A stretch of 64,000 nucleotides of DNA from Malacoraja senta (Eukaryota): assembly GCA_038087875.1 (NCBI GenBank), contig JAXLNO010000655.1:496001-560000 (forward strand). The letters are read 5' to 3'. Below the pieces are notes generated by a model. It was not told the origin of the DNA. It saw only the letters and a list, made by a program, of their open reading frames with translations, and did not search any database. Positions 1-13,835 of this stretch are shown here, in pieces. The stretch's first letter is position 1, and the number at the start of each line of letters is the position of its first letter. A program made the position numbers and the translations under genes.

Positions 1-169
1 AGCGGAAAGACATTACATGATTACCGAGCGATTTACAATGTTAGATACACAATAAGGGAATAACGTTTAGTGCAACGTCGCCCATTCCTTCTCTCCGTAG
101 ACGCTGCCTCACCCGCTGAGTCACTCCAGCATTTTGTGTCTAGTAGTTCCAGGACTGCTCTCTGGTTGT

Positions 170-420
170 GGTAGGATGATTCAATGGTAACAGAGAGATG
201 AGAACATGGCCAGGTGGTGTGGGTCTTTGATGATATTAGCTGCCTTCTTGAACCAGTGCTTCCTATAGATCCCTTCAGTAGTGAGGAGTTCAATACCTGT
301 GATGGACTGGGTAATGTCCACCACCTTCTGCATCCTCCTTCGTTCTTGGGCGTTCCTGTTACAGAACCAGGATGTGATGCTCTCCACAGTACACCTACAT
401 AAATCTGACAGAGTATTCAG
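170..420 (-). mobile_element. Rex1/Babar-type LINE fragment (ORF C-terminus), degenerate
   Basis: Translation CTVESITSWF..AQERRRMQKVVDITQSITG..KKAANIIKDPHH resembles Rex1/Babar C-termini; related pieces at 52830-53295 and 63195-63440. Confidence 0.7.
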
Positions 421-427
421 TGAAGAT

Positions 428-520
428 AGATACAAAATGCTGGAGTAACTCCGCGGAACAGACAGCATCTCTGGAGAGAAGGAATGGTGACGTTTTGGGT
501 TGAGACCCTTCTTCAGACAC
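428..520 (-). mobile_element. Short Penelope-derived element with degenerate hammerhead motif
   Basis: Homologous to the terminal region (42595-42690) of the GIY-YIG-coding Penelope fragment. Confidence 0.7.
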
Positions 521-1560
521 ATTCAGTGACATTATTAATTACTACTGAAAACCCTGATCATTCTAATCATGACGACTGCCATCAAAAGAAGGAATATAGT
601 GATTAATTGTTAAAAAAAGCAATTGGATGGGCATTCAATAAGCCCATAACAGATCAAAACTGACTGAGAAATCAAGGGATATGTTATCAGTTTTTAATTG
701 AATACAGTTGCACACTACACATAATCCATTGCCCTGGTTTGGGATTTCAATACTGATTGATGGAAATGTCTTTTAAAGTAATCAGAAGATACTTCAAGGA
801 TTCAAGGAAGCCTTCAGTATATTGACTACTTTGGCAGATTGTTAAGGGCGTCAGAAATGATGAGGTGGTATTGATAACGTGCAATCCTAATTTATTCATC
901 ATCAATTTACCTGCAGAACTCACGTGAGTGGAGCTACTGGTTATAACAATGGGTTTGAACTTGCCCTGCAACTTGTGGAGGCTTTAGAAAGGGTGCCCAA
1001 GAGGTTCACCAGAACGCCGCCTACGTTAGACTTTAGACTTTAGAGATACAGCGCGGAAACAGGCCCTTCGGCCCACAGTGTCCAATACGTCAAGTGTCAA
1101 GAGTGTTTAACTGTCCAATGTACTGGCAACAGAAGAATGACATGTTTACTTGCTTCAGCTTAACAGTCCCGCAAACTTACTAACACAAAGATTAATGATC
1201 AATAACACAATCAGTTAATTACCGTGTCGGAAGGAACTGTAGATGCTGGGTTTACACCGGAGATAGACACAAAATGCAGGAGTAACTCAGCAGGACAGGC
1301 AGCATCTCCGGAGAGAAGGAAGGGAGATGCTGCCTGTCCTGCTGAGCTACTCCAGCATTTAGTGTCTATATTAATTACCGTAATGTGAGGTAAATGCAAT
1401 GGTGCAAACTGAAATTCACAATCCAATCCAAAACAGTCCAGAGAGATCACAGTTGCTGAGGTTAATATTAGTGTTCAAGAGCCTGATGGTTGTCGGGAAT
1501 ACGCAATCATCAGGTTCATGGTCTGACTTACCCCGTTATGAACATTAATTATCTGCCTAA

Positions 1561-2177
1561 AGCCCTGTCCCACTGTACGAGTTCATTCCAAGAGTTCTCC
1601 CGTGTTTGCCCTGATTCGAACTCGGAGATTTACGGTAATGGCCACTCGTCGGTACTCAGGTCAAGTCAAGTCAAGTCAAGTCAAGTCAAGTCAAGTCAAG
1701 TGAGTTTATTGTCATGTGTCCCTGATAGGACAATGAAATTCTTGCTTTGCTTCAGCACAACAGAACATAGTAGGCATTGACTACAAGGCATTCTATAAAT
1801 ATATACACACATGAATCAATATACTGATAAAGTGCAAATAACAGTATTGGCTAATAAAGTTCAGTGTTATGTCCGAGCCAGGTTTAACAGCCTGATGGCT
1901 GTGGGGAAGTAGCTATTCCTGAACCTGGTCGTTGCAGTCTTCAGGCTCCTGTACCTTCTACCTGAAGGTACTCGGGGCTCTCGTGGACATTTTTCAACAT
2001 GTTGAAAAATCTTCTCGAGTCTTCCCGTGCTTACCTGCCGTTAGCTTTACGAGCCGCTAAGAGACGTCCCCGGGCTCCGACGTACCCGCTACGTTCATTC
2101 TCCGTGCTTACCATGAGTTTGATTTTTTTTAAACTCTGGAGAGCTCTTGGAATGAACTCGTACTGTGGGACAGGGCT
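1561..2177. mobile_element. PIF/Harbinger-type MITE containing a nested LINE 3' end
   Basis: TIRs agccctgtcccactgtacgag / ctcgtactgtgggacagggct; same family as 14425-14729; TSD not preserved. Confidence 0.8.
1658..1966 (-). mobile_element. LINE 3' end (Rex1-like) with (AAGTC)n tail nested in the MITE
   Basis: Flanked by duplicated ggtactc (1651-1657, 1967-1973); pentamer tail at about 1659-1700. Confidence 0.65.
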
Positions 2178-2324
2178 ATTGCAATCTCATGGCATAGACA
2201 GGGCATAGACAGGGCAGGCAGTCTGAACACTTTTCCAGGGTAGAATTGCACACCAATGCAATCCTCACCTGTAATCTACAGTTTGAAGTTTTGGAGGCTT
2301 TGGTTTTGGAATAAGGTTGAGTTG

Positions 2325-2628
2325 TTGGGTTTGGTTTAGATATACAGCGTGGAAACAGGCCCTATGGCCCACCGAGTCTACGCCGACCAGCCATTCCCAT
2401 ACACCAGCACTATCCTACGCACTAGAGACAATTTACATTATTTACCAAAGCCAATTAACCTACAAACCTTTACATCTCTGGAGTGTAGGAGGAAACCAGA
2501 GCAGTCGGAGAAAACTCACGCGGTCACAGGTAGAACGTACAAACTCCGTACAGCCAGCACCTGTAGTCAGGATTGAACCCGAGTCTGTGGCGCCGTAAGG
2601 CAGCAACTCTACTGCGGCACCACCGTGC
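2325..2628 (-). mobile_element. tRNA-derived SINE (HE1/V-SINE-like)
   Basis: A/B-box head (tggcgcagcgg..ggttcgatcc type), central ctccggtttcctcccac domain, CR1-like tail ending (ctaaa)n; more than 20 related copies in the window. Confidence 0.85.
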
Positions 2629-3289
2629 CTCCCTAGCCTCCTATTAGTCCTGAAGCGGCGGCTGCAGGCAATAGATAGGAGTGTTCGGTGCTTGTGTAAC
2701 TTTGTGGGCGCCAACACACGTGGCGACACTTGCGTACCGCCTAGGTGGTATGCAGAACAAAGCATTTCAATGTACCCTGGGTACATGCGTCAATGAAGTA
2801 TCATTCATTCATTCAAGATTGAGAATGGCCATCTTCGATTCCCGCGCCAGCCACCTTTTGCCTTGCACTCTCGTTACCTTTCACCATTTCAATGTCCATG
2901 CCCTCTGACACATCACCTGACCCCCTCTTTGACACACGTAATAATTTAAAAGCTCTCCATCCTCCAGTATTCTGATGAAAAAACATTTTAAACTTTCTCC
3001 CCTGACCTGCTGAACGTTTCCAGCATTTTCTGCATGCTCTTAATTTAGATGTCTAACATTTGAATTTGTTTATCTGTTAAGTGATGTCTATCTGAATCAT
3101 TATGCTTTTAACGCACATTAACCAATTTAGCATTTAGTTAGGTTTTGACTTATGCAGCAACGTTATAACCTTTGCAGGCACTATAAATGCTTGCACCAGC
3201 ATTCTGTGGAATCTGCTGCTCGGTCCATGTCTGGGACCTTCCAGATCTCTGTACTTCAGGTTTGTCTCTTCAGCGGAGGTATCGTCACC

Positions 3290-3580
3290 CTCAGTGGCAC
3301 AGTGGCGCAGCAGTAGGGTTGCTGCCTGACAGCTCCAGAGACCCGCGTGACAATGGGTGCTATGCTATCTATGGGAGTTTGTACTTTCTCCCCGGTTTCC
3401 TCCCACACCCCCAGAGATGTACAGGTTTGTGGGTTAATAGGCTTCGGTAAAAATGGTAAATAGTAAATTGTTCCTAGTGTGTAGGAACACACTAGTTCCT
3501 AGTGCTGGTGTACAGGAATCGCTGATCGGCGCGGACTCAGTGGGCCAATGGGCCCTTTTCTGCACTGTATCTTTAAAGTC
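3290..3580 (+). mobile_element. tRNA-derived SINE (HE1/V-SINE-like)
   Basis: Same head, central domain and tail. Confidence 0.8.
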
Positions 3581-3954
3581 TCAGACTCTATGGTCGAACA
3601 CCTCCGTAAAACCTCCTCCTTTCACAAAGTTTCACCTTACCCTATCAAACCATTGAATATTCCACTTTGTTCGAGGTAATGCTTAAAAATTGTTATTGGT
3701 TTATTATTGGCATCTGTACGAAGATACAGTTTTTTTTAAACTTGGTTTTGCGTGCTCTCCAGGCAAATCATACCAACAGGAAGTAGTGAAAATAACCAGA
3801 ATGAAGAATATCGTGTTATTAATTTTTTTATTTTTCAGATGTTTCTTTTTATTCAGTTAGAGACAGTAGCATGGTGGAACAGGCATAGTACTGTTGCCAC
3901 AAGGTTCCGGGGATCAGGTTAAATAGAGTCATAGAGTTGTACAGAACAGAAACA

Positions 3955-4250
3955 GGTTTAGTTTAGTTTAGTTTGGAGATACTGCGCGGAAATAGGCCCT
4001 TCGGCCCACCGAAGTCCGTGCCGACCAGCGATCCCCCGCACATTAGCACTAAGGACGATTTACACATACACCAAGCCAATTAACCTACATACCTGTACGT
4101 CTTTAGGAGTGTGGGAGGAAACCGAAGATCTCCGAGAAAACCCACGCGGTCACGGGGAGAACGTACAAACTCCGTACAGACAGCACCCGTAGTTGGGATC
4201 GATCCCGGGTCTCCGGCGCTGCAAGTGGTGTAAGGCAGCAACTCTACCCG
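3955..4250 (-). mobile_element. tRNA-derived SINE (HE1/V-SINE-like)
   Basis: Same family consensus. Confidence 0.85.
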
Positions 4251-6014
4251 GTTCTTTAGCCCACCTTGTCTACATCGAACAATGAGACATATCTGGGTGG
4301 TCCCACTTGCTGACAATGAGACATAGCTCGCCAGTCCCATAGCTTTCTATACCCTTTCTATCCATGTCTCTGTCCAAGTATATTTTAAAAGTTGTGATTG
4401 TATTCAGTTGTGGTGCTGTCCGTGTGGAGTTTGCTTCATCTTAATGTGACCACGACAAACTCCCCTCACATGCCAACACGGCAAAGTGGCGCAGCTGGTA
4501 GAGCTGCTGCTTCACAGCGCCAGAGACCCGGGTTCGATCCTGACCTCGGGTGCCGTCTGTGTGGGGTTTGTACCGCATGGGTTTCCTCCGGATGCTCTGG
4601 TTTGTTGGTTGACTGGCGTCTGTAAAATTGCCTCTAGTGTGTGAGGAATGGATGTGAAAGTGGGATAGAACTAGTGTGAACAGGTGAATTGATGGTCAGC
4701 GTAGATTCAGTGGGCCAAAGGGCCTGTTTCCGTGCTGCATCTCTAAAACTAAAACATTCTGGTTGGTAGGATGTTTGACACATTGTGGTGTGGTGTAGCC
4801 AATGAATTGAGGCGAGTTGATTAGTTTAAGACAGTGAATAATTTGCTGGGAGAAGGCGGCTTGATGAGAATGCTCCAAGAACTAGCATTAACTTGATGGG
4901 CCCAACGGCCTCCTATGCCATAGGAAGTAAATGGCATAGTTACATCAGAAGTAAAATGTTGCAGCACTCCCTTTGACTGAGCTCAGTGGATCCAGCACAG
5001 ATCAGGAATTAAATGCTGACATTGTTTTGTTTAGTTTCGATTAGAGATACAGAGTGGAAACAGGCCATTGCTCACACTATTTCTACCTTACTCCACTTTC
5101 CCATCCACTCCCTGCGCACTCGGAGCAAACTACAGAAGCCAATTAACCTACAAACCCACACGTCTTTGGCATGTGGGAGGAAACCAGGGAGCCGGGAGGA
5201 AACCCACGCAGTCACAGGAAGAACGTGCAAACTCCACAGAGACAGCACCCAAGGTCAGGATTGAACCCGGGTCTCTGGCGCTGTGACCAGACGCGCCACT
5301 GTGCCACCCGCTTTAAAGGTCACCCTGTATACAATTGACTTGTTACACCTTTGGATCGGTGTTCATAGGACCCGCCTTTAGCCGCCTTGAATAATCACAA
5401 TAAGCTTGACACTCGATTCTAAAGAGAAATCAGCCACGTAGTTTGAGTTGCTCAACACTGGATCTCAGAACTATCGACTGCACAGGCAACGGGCTGCAGG
5501 AAGTGAGGGTTTTAACCTGATCAATAGACTCCAGCTGTTTTTGCAGAGTACAGAATAAAGTGATCGCAGCTGTTTTTCACAAGGCATCTAAAAATGTCAT
5601 CTCAGATGGAAGAGGATTTAAAGGCTGACAGACCAATCTTATTAAATGTGTTTCCTCGGTTGGACCACACTTGGAGTTCTGGTCTTCATTTACTGGGTAG
5701 AAAAAAAATAATGATGCCGCAGTATTAGAATAGGTGCATGGATGTTTTACGAGAACGGGGAGTCCACTGCACCTGTCGGGAAAGTGAACAAGCTGGGGCT
5801 TGTACTGTAGGATGGGAGAGAACAGGGTTTGTCTATAGGTGCAGTTCCCAAGCACAGTCCTTACACAGAGGGTCAGATCTGTTTTACAAGGTGATTTACA
5901 AGGAAGGCAAAAGATTGTCCAAATGGCAAGTGTGTATATATAATGTGACAGGGACACAAAGCTCCCTCCCTCCGGCCTTACATTTCACTCCTCCTCTACT
6001 CCCCCTTTGTCTCT

Positions 6015-6312
6015 TTACTTTAGACTTTAGAGATACAGCGAGGAAACAGGCCCTTCGGCCCAACGAGGCTGCGCTGACCAATGATTGCTCCGTAAACTAG
6101 CACTATCCTACACACTAGGGACAATTTACAATTTACAGAAGACAATTGACCTCCAAACCTGAATGTCTTTGGAGTGTGGGATCAAACCTGGAGGAAACCC
6201 ACGAGGTTACAGGGAGAACGTACGGACGTACATACAGCACCCATAGTCAGGATTCAACCCGCTCCCTGGCACTGCAAGGCAGCAAACTCTACCGCTACGC
6301 CACTGTGCCGCC
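6015..6312 (-). mobile_element. tRNA-derived SINE (HE1/V-SINE-like)
   Basis: Same family consensus. Confidence 0.85.
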
Positions 6313-7440
6313 CCTTCTCACCTCTGGTCTTTGTCACCTACTCCACCCATCACTCTCCCCTCTCCCCTGTACCCACCCTTGCCTCAGTCCTTGCCTCACC
6401 CCCATCTCGCTTTTCCACCATTCTCCCCACTATTCCATCAGTCTGAAGAAGGGGCAAGACTCGGAAATGTCGACTGTCCGCTTTCAGACGTTAAGCGCGG
6501 AAACAGGCCCTTCAGCCCACCGAGTCCACACCGACCAGCGATCGCCCCGTACACTAGCACTATCGCACACACACTAGGGACAATTTAAAATTTACAGAAG
6601 CCAATTAACCTACAAACGGAGTCGTGGCCCACACCTATTTGAGTTTTAGTGACAGTCAATGATTAAAACCTGCTACAAAACCCAAACTGCATGTGATTGC
6701 CCCGATTGCTGTCAGGCTGCTGAAACTTTTGGTCGGGAGGAGCACAAAGGCACAGACATGGAGTGGGTGACCTTTGTCAGGAAAACTTCAGCACGCAGAC
6801 GATGTTGCCAGAATCCCACTATTTAAATGGAAGCTGCTTTTGTTTACCTAATGAGGGATGTGCAAGTTGAACGGCAGACAGGTGATGGAAGCTTAAGTAC
6901 ATCTCCAAGGTCATTTTGATGAATTGCAGTGCAGCCGAGTATTGAATTAGCAGGCACCAATTTAATAGACCTATCTGGCTATAATGGAACCGCAGAGGTT
7001 TACATGACCGAAGCCAGCCATTCAGCTGATTGTGTTTGCGCTAGTTTCACTTTGTTACTGTTAGGGCTACACCGAAACAGGCCCTTCAGCCCACCCGGGT
7101 CTGTGGCGCTGCAAGGCAGCAACTCTACCGCTGCGCCACCGTGCCGCCCTATTCGTTTTTCACCACGGTACTCCTGGACTACCTTGCTTCTGCCTCTACC
7201 TTAAATTTGATTAAGCCGCATTTGGAGCCTTGTGTGCCATTCTGGCCCCGCATTACAGGATGTGGAGGCATTTGGGGATGGTGTAGAAGAGGTTTACCAG
7301 TGTGCTAATAAATAATAATAATAATAATAAAGAAAATGAAGGTGGTTTTCCCTCTTCTGCCGCAGATGGGTCCCTCACATCGCATCTCCTCTGTGTCCCG
7401 TAGTTCTACTTTCACGCCCCCTTCCCTCAGATGCCCAGGG

Positions 7441-7737
7441 TGGGGCACATTGGCGCTGTTGCTGCCTTACAACGCTTCCAGCGCCAGGAGACCCGGGTTT
7501 GATCCTGACGGCAGGTGCTGTCTGTACGGAGTTTGTACGTTCTCCCCGTGACCGCGTGGGTTTTCCCCCGGGATCTCCGGTTTCCTCCCACACTCCAAAG
7601 ACGTACAGGTTTGTAGGCTAATTGGCTTGGGAAAATTATAAATGGTCCCTAGTGGGTGGAGGATGGTGTTAGTATGCAGGGGTCGGACACTCAGTGGGCC
7701 GAAGGGCCTGTTTCCGCGCTGTATCTCTAAACTAAAC
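7441..7737 (+). mobile_element. tRNA-derived SINE (HE1/V-SINE-like)
   Basis: Same family consensus, full length. Confidence 0.85.
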
Positions 7738-8048
7738 AAGACATGGGGGTTTGCAGGTAAATTGGCCTCTGTAAATTGGCCCTAGTATGTACGGAGTGGA
7801 TGAGAAAGTAGCATAACATAGAACTAGTGTGAACGGGTGATCATTGGTCGGCATGGATTCGGTGGGTTGAAGTTGCGTAGGAACGTTTCAACCAAAGATA
7901 GACACAAAATGCTGGAGTAACTCAGCGGGTCAGACAGCATATCTGGAGAAAAGGAATAGGTGACGTTTCGAGTCCAAAGAAGGGACTCGACCTGAAACGC
8001 CACCTATTCATTTTCTCCAGAGATGCTGTCTTACCCACTTCAGTGGGT

Positions 8049-8951
8049 TAGAAACATAAAAACATAGTAAATAGGTGCAGGAGTAGGCCATTCGGCCCTT
8101 CGAGCCTGCACCGCCATTCAATATGATCATGGCTGATCATCCAACTCAGTATCCTGTACCTGCCATCTCTCCATACCCCCTGATACCTTTAGCCACAAGG
8201 GCCACATCTAACTCCCTCTTAAATAGAGCCAATGAACTGGCCTCAACTACCTTCTGTGGCAGAGAATTCCAGAGATTCACCACTCTCTGTGTGAAAAATG
8301 TTTTTCTCATCTCGGTCCTAAAAGATTTCCCCCTTATCCTTAAACTGTGACCCCTTGTTCTGGACTTCCCCAACATCAGGAACAATCTTCCTGCATCTAG
8401 CCTGTCCAACCCCTTAAGAATTTTGTAAGTTTCTATAAGATCCCCCCTCAATCTTCTAAATTCTAGCGAGTACAAGTCAAGTCTATCCAGTCTTTCTTCA
8501 TATGAAAGTCCTGACATCCCAGGAATCAGTCTGGTGAACCTTCTCTGCACTCCCTCTATGGCAATAATGTCCTTCCTCAGATTTGGAGACCAAAACTGTA
8601 CGCAATACTCCAGGTGTGGTCTCCCCAAGACCCTGTACAACTACAGTAGAACCTCCCTGCTCCAATACTCAAATCCTTTTGCTATGAATGCTAACATACC
8701 ATTTGCTTTCTTCACTGCCTGCTGCACCTGCATGTCTACTTTCAATGACTGGTGTACCATGACACCCAGGTCTCGTTGCATCTCCCCTTTTCCTAATCGG
8801 CCACCATTCAGATAATCGTCTACTTTCCTGTTTTTGCCACCAAAGTGGATAACCTCACATTTATCCACATTATACTGCATCTGCCATGCGTTTGCCCACT
8901 CACCCACCCTATCCAAGTCACCTTGCAGCCTCCTAGCATCCTCCTCACAGC
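8049..8951 (-). mobile_element. 5'-truncated CR1 LINE (ORF2 C-terminus plus 3' UTR)
   Basis: ORFs 8641-8916 and 8146-8640: WQMQYNVDKCEVIHFG, RDLGV, RPHLEYCVQFWSP, RRLRGDLIETYKI, FFTQRVVNLWNSLP; one in-frame stop; short repeat tail. Confidence 0.92.
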
Positions 8952-9585
8952 TAATAATAATAATAATAATAGATTTTATTTATGGGCGCCTTTCACAAAG
9001 TCTCAAGGACACCTTACAAAGTTTAACAAATAGTGTAGAAACATGTAAGCGGAATGAAATAAATAGCAAAGACATCACCAGTACACAAATTAAAGATAGA
9101 ATTAAATCCAAAAACAAAAATCAAAAACACAAAAACACAAGAGAGAGCAGCGGCTGCTAAACCGCGCCAGCGTCCACTCTCCCTTCCGACCGCCATCTTG
9201 GACAAAGACTAACATAGACACTAAACACTACACACAAAATCATCCCCCCACAATGGTTACCACTGTGGGGGAAGGCACAAAGTCCAGTCCCCAACCCCAG
9301 TTCTCCCCAAAGTCAGGCCTATTGAGGCCTCCACAGTTGCCTCTACGGAGGCCCGATGTTCCTGGCCGTTCTCGCCGGGTGTTGTTGCCCCGGCGTCGGG
9401 AGAGTCCTCACAACGGCTGGGACGGCTGGAACGGCTGATTCCCTACCGGAGTCCGTGGCACCTGAAGCCGACAAGGCCGCGCCAATTTGGAGCTCCGAGG
9501 CTCCCGATGTTAGAGTCGGCGCCGCCGCCCGCAGCTGGTAGCTCCGCAGTCCCGCAGCCCGGAGGTGTTGAGCTCGGCGGTCCAG
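8952..9585 (-). mobile_element. Unclassified retroposon-like insert with (TAA)n tail and GC-rich body
   Basis: (TAA)n then a LINE-like tail; GC-rich part loosely resembles 23690-24300. Confidence 0.4.
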
Positions 9586-10547
9586 CTCTCTACCCACACA
9601 CAGCACCCGAAGCCAGGATCGAACCTGGATCTCTGACACTGTGGGACAGTAATTCCGCCGGCTCTGTGTGAAGTGGATAGGTTCAACACAGTAATTGGTT
9701 TCAACAGGAAAATTGTCTGATAATTGCTATGAAGAAGAATTACAGGATTCTTCTTCAGGATTCAGGATTACAGGATACAAAATGGGCCAAATGATTTAGT
9801 TTAGAGATGCAGCGCGGAAACAGACCCTTCGGCCCAACGAGTCCATGCCGGCACGCTAACACTATCCTACACACACTAGGGACAATGTACAATTATACCA
9901 ATGTACAAAGACCTGTGCATCTTTGGAGTGCGGGAGGAAACCGGAGCTCCTGGAGAAAACCCTTGCGGCCACAGTGAGAACGTGCAAACTTCTGACAGAC
10001 AGCATCCGTAGTCAGGATCAAACCCGGGTTTCTGGTATAGTAGGGGGCAACTCTACCGCTGCACCACCATTCTACACATTCAATACCTAATCTAAGATTC
10101 TATGCCATTTTGAGCAGTAAGTTAGCAAAAAAAAATAGCTTCTATCTATGCAGTGGAAACGGGTTCAATCAATTTTCCTGCTAAACTTTCAATCAAATCA
10201 GTCCATAACCTTTTGAGTTCCAGGAATATAATTCTAATTGGTTTAATCCCTTGTGTAACTTTCAGCAATTGTGGTCATTAAATTTACTCAGATATTTGAC
10301 AAAGTAGACGCGAAGAGCAGATTTGTATCATCTGTGAGGTATAATGGGTGGAGGAGCCATGAAATGAGGAATATAAGTGCAGAGAATTATCCAGACACGG
10401 TGATTCCCATAGGGAATATTGCGAATAATATGGTTGGTTCACCGGGAATCGAGAAAGGAGTGGAAGGGTTTGATGAGGGGTTGAGATGGGGAGGGAATGT
10501 TTAGTTTCATTGAGAGATCCAGCATGGAAACAGGCCCTTCAACCCAG

Positions 10548-10718
10548 GGGACCGCGGGTCAAATGAGATGGAGGAACTGAGTGAAATCCAGGTTAGCCGG
10601 GAAGTGGTGTTGGGTAAATTGAATGGATTAAAGGCTGATAAATCCCCAGGGCCAGATAGGCTGCATCCCAGAGTACTTAAGGAAATAGCCCCAGAAATAG
10701 TGGATGCATTAGTGATCT
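10548..10718 (+). mobile_element. CR1 ORF2 internal fragment
   Basis: VLGKLNGLKADKSPGPDRLHPRVLKEIAPEI, the motif upstream of the RT domain. Confidence 0.85.
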
Positions 10719-10946
10719 GCCTGTGTTTAGTCCATATCCCTCTAAACCTATCCTATCCATGTACCTGTCTCCTATCCATGTTCCTCCCACATTCCAAAGA
10801 TGTGCGGGTATGTAGGTAAACTGGTCTCTGTTGGTGCACAGGGAATAAATGTTAAAATGGGATTACACAGAACTAGTGTGAACGGGATGATCGATGGTCA
10901 GCGCAGACTTGGTGGTCTGAAAGGTCCGTTTCCATGCTATATATTG

Positions 10947-11245
10947 GGGCGGCACAGTGACTCAGTGGGAAAGTTGCTGCCTTGCAGCGCCAGAGACCCG
11001 GGTTCGATCTCGACCAAGGGTGCTGCCTGCACGGAGTTTCTCCCTGTGTCCGCGTGGATTTTCTCCGGGTGCTCCGGTTTCCTCCCACACTCCCAAGACG
11101 TACAGGTTTGTAGGTTAATTGGCTTCTGTAAAAATTAAAAATTGTCCTTCGTGTAATAGGATGGTGCTAGTCTATGGGGTGACCACTGGTCAGCATGGAC
11201 TCGGTGGGCTGAAGGGCCTGTATCTCTAAAGTAAAGTGTAAAGTA
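10947..11245 (+). mobile_element. tRNA-derived SINE (HE1/V-SINE-like)
   Basis: Same family consensus. Confidence 0.85.
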
Positions 11246-12908
11246 TTTTTGTCAACCTATCGATCATTACTCTCCAGAAGCATAGACGTCCTCCCCGTAA
11301 AGTCCAATGCATTTCAATGGGATGCTTTAAAAAACATGTACAATGGGTTTCTGTGTGAATTCAAATCTTTCAGACACTAACATTAGAATAAACTAATTTG
11401 AAGCCATTGAAACTTTGATGGAAATTTAATCACACACTTCAACCTAAGCCTCATTTTATATTTAATCATGACAGCTAAAATTTCTTCTTTTCACTGTGCG
11501 CTAAGCTTGTATTTCTCGTGCTGCTGAGAAATGCTCATGAGAGGCTACACACAGAGTGATATCATCTCTGATTGTCTGAGGTTAAGCTTCAGAATGAGAG
11601 CATAATTTGCCTCCTTGACATCTCCAAAGCAGCCGGTGGGACGTTTTTAAATCGTGGAATCGGGTAATTCTGTCCCGTAGTTCCAATGCAGCATTTCCAG
11701 TTAAGGGCGAATTGTCATTGTTATTTTTATATGTTAATCCATTCTTCCCAGAACTCCAAACCCAATGATCCAACAAAGATAGACCCAAAATGCTGGAGTA
11801 ACTCAGCATGACAAGCAGCATCTCTGGGGAGAAGGAATGGGGGGTGTTTCGGGTCAAGACCTTACCTCAGTCTGACGGAGGGTCTTGACCCGAAACCTCG
11901 CTCATTCCTGTCTTCGGTGTAAGCCAGCATCTGCAGTTCCATCCTGCCAATGATCCAGCAACAGGTTTAGGAAGGTTTTACATAGACACATGGACATGCA
12001 GGGAATGGAGGGGTATGGATCATGTGCAGACAGAAGAGATTAGTTTAGTGGGTGGCACGGTGGCACAGCGGTAGAGTTGCTGCCTTTTACAGCGCTAGAG
12101 ACCCAGTATCGATCTTGACTACGCATGCTGTCTGTATGGAGTTTGTGCGTTCTCCTGTATCCTCGCACACTACAAAAGATATGTAGGTTAATTGGCTTCT
12201 GTAAATTGCAAATTGTCCTTAGTGTGTAAGATATATGTGTGTTAGTGTACGAGGTGGTCGCTGGTCTGCGCGGACTCGGTCAGCTGAAGGCCCGGTTTCG
12301 TGCTGTATCTCTAAAGTCTGAAGTTTAACTTGGCACCATGTTCAGCACAGACATTGTGGGCCGAAGGGCCTGCACCTGTGCTGTACTGTTCTATGTTCCT
12401 GGTATGTGTAAAACTACACATTTATACGGGTCCTTTTAAAAAAAAAAAAATTCCCCTTGGTTCTGCCTTGGATCTGTAGTGCAGAGTCTGGATCCCAGGG
12501 CTTATAAGAACTTGGGAGAGTATTTACAATTTTTCTTCTTGATGGAGGCCTCTGCTCTGGTTCTTTAAATCTTGGCACAAAGGCCTGGCGGACAAGGGCA
12601 AAGAACACAGAGTTATTTCAGCTGTCCTATTGAGACTATGCAAAGAGTGGCAGCCAGCTCTTTGTGAATGGAAAGGAAAGGGCCTCTTGCGATTTCTAGT
12701 CTCACACTCAGATCAAATATTTGAGCCACGGAGGCAAACACGAAAAAAAAAATTTCAATGCAAGAGTTACTAAATAAACTGGACTGCAATGATAGTCATG
12801 AAATAGGGGGAAGGGAAAGTTGATAAACTATTCCAAATGTTGCTAATGAAAGGCTATCCCAGTAGCAAAGGCAATGAATGCCCAGAAAGTGCCTCCAGCC
12901 ACCAGAAT

Positions 12909-13215
12909 GGGCGGCACGGTGGCGCAGCGGTAGAGTCGCTGCCTTACAGCGCCAGGTTCGATCCTGACTACGGGTGCTGTCTGGATTTAGTTTTGTCCGT
13001 TCTCCTCGTGACTGAGCGGGTTTTCTCCGAGTGCTCCGGTTTCCTCCCGCACTCCATAGACGTGCGAGTTTGCAGGTTGATTGACTTCTGTTAATTGCAT
13101 ATTGTCCCAAGTGCGTGTCGGATAATACTAGTGTACGGGGTGATCGCTGGTTGGTGCAGACTTGGTGGGCCGAAGGGCCTGTTTCTGACTGTATCTTTAA
13201 AGTCTAAAGTAAAGT
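12909..13215 (+). mobile_element. tRNA-derived SINE (HE1/V-SINE-like)
   Basis: Same family consensus. Confidence 0.85.
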
Positions 13216-13311
13216 CAAGGCTAATGACTTGCCCTACCATTTCTCCCACTGTCCCTCCCTTCTTTCGTCCACATTCTCTGGCCACACATTCTACTGCTCC
13301 TCTCTCCTTAT

Positions 13312-13835
13312 AAGTTCATAAGTTCTAGGAGGAGAATTAGGCCATTCGGCCCATCAAGTCTACTCTGCCATTCGATCATAGCTGATCTATCTTTCCTCAC
13401 AGCCCCATTCTCCTGCCTTCTCCCAATAACCTTTGACGCCCTTACTAATCAAGAACCTATCTATCTCCACATTAAAAATATCCGTTGACTTGGCCTCCAC
13501 AGCGGTCTGTGGGCAATGAATTCACTGACTCAAGGAATTCCTCCGCATCTCCTTTCTAAAGGTACGTCCTTTGATCTGAGGCTATGGCCTCTGGTCACAG
13601 GCTCTCCCACGAGTGGAAACATCCTCTCCACGTCCACTCCACATCCACTCTATCCAGGCCTTTCACTATTCGGTGAGTTTCATTGCGGTTCTCCCCTCAT
13701 CCTTATAAAATCTAGCGAGTACAGGCCAAGTGCTGTCAAACATTCACGATATGTTAATCCAATCATTCCTGGGATCATTCCCATAAACTCCTCTGGACCC
13801 TCTCCAACGCCAGCACATCCTTCCTTAGATATGGA
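13312..13835 (-). mobile_element. CR1 LINE 3' fragment (same family as the DIRS hosts)
   Basis: gaattaggccattcggcccatcaagtctact tail and degenerate ORF2 end. Confidence 0.8.

Noticed and set aside
10271..10504. Possible host exon in unique sequence
   Set aside because: No recognisable domain and no convincing pair of splice sites; it cannot be supported without homology or RNA data.
12909..12985. tRNA gene at SINE heads (here and at other copies)
   Set aside because: The A/B boxes continue directly into the SINE body and LINE-type tail; no complete cloverleaf is evident.
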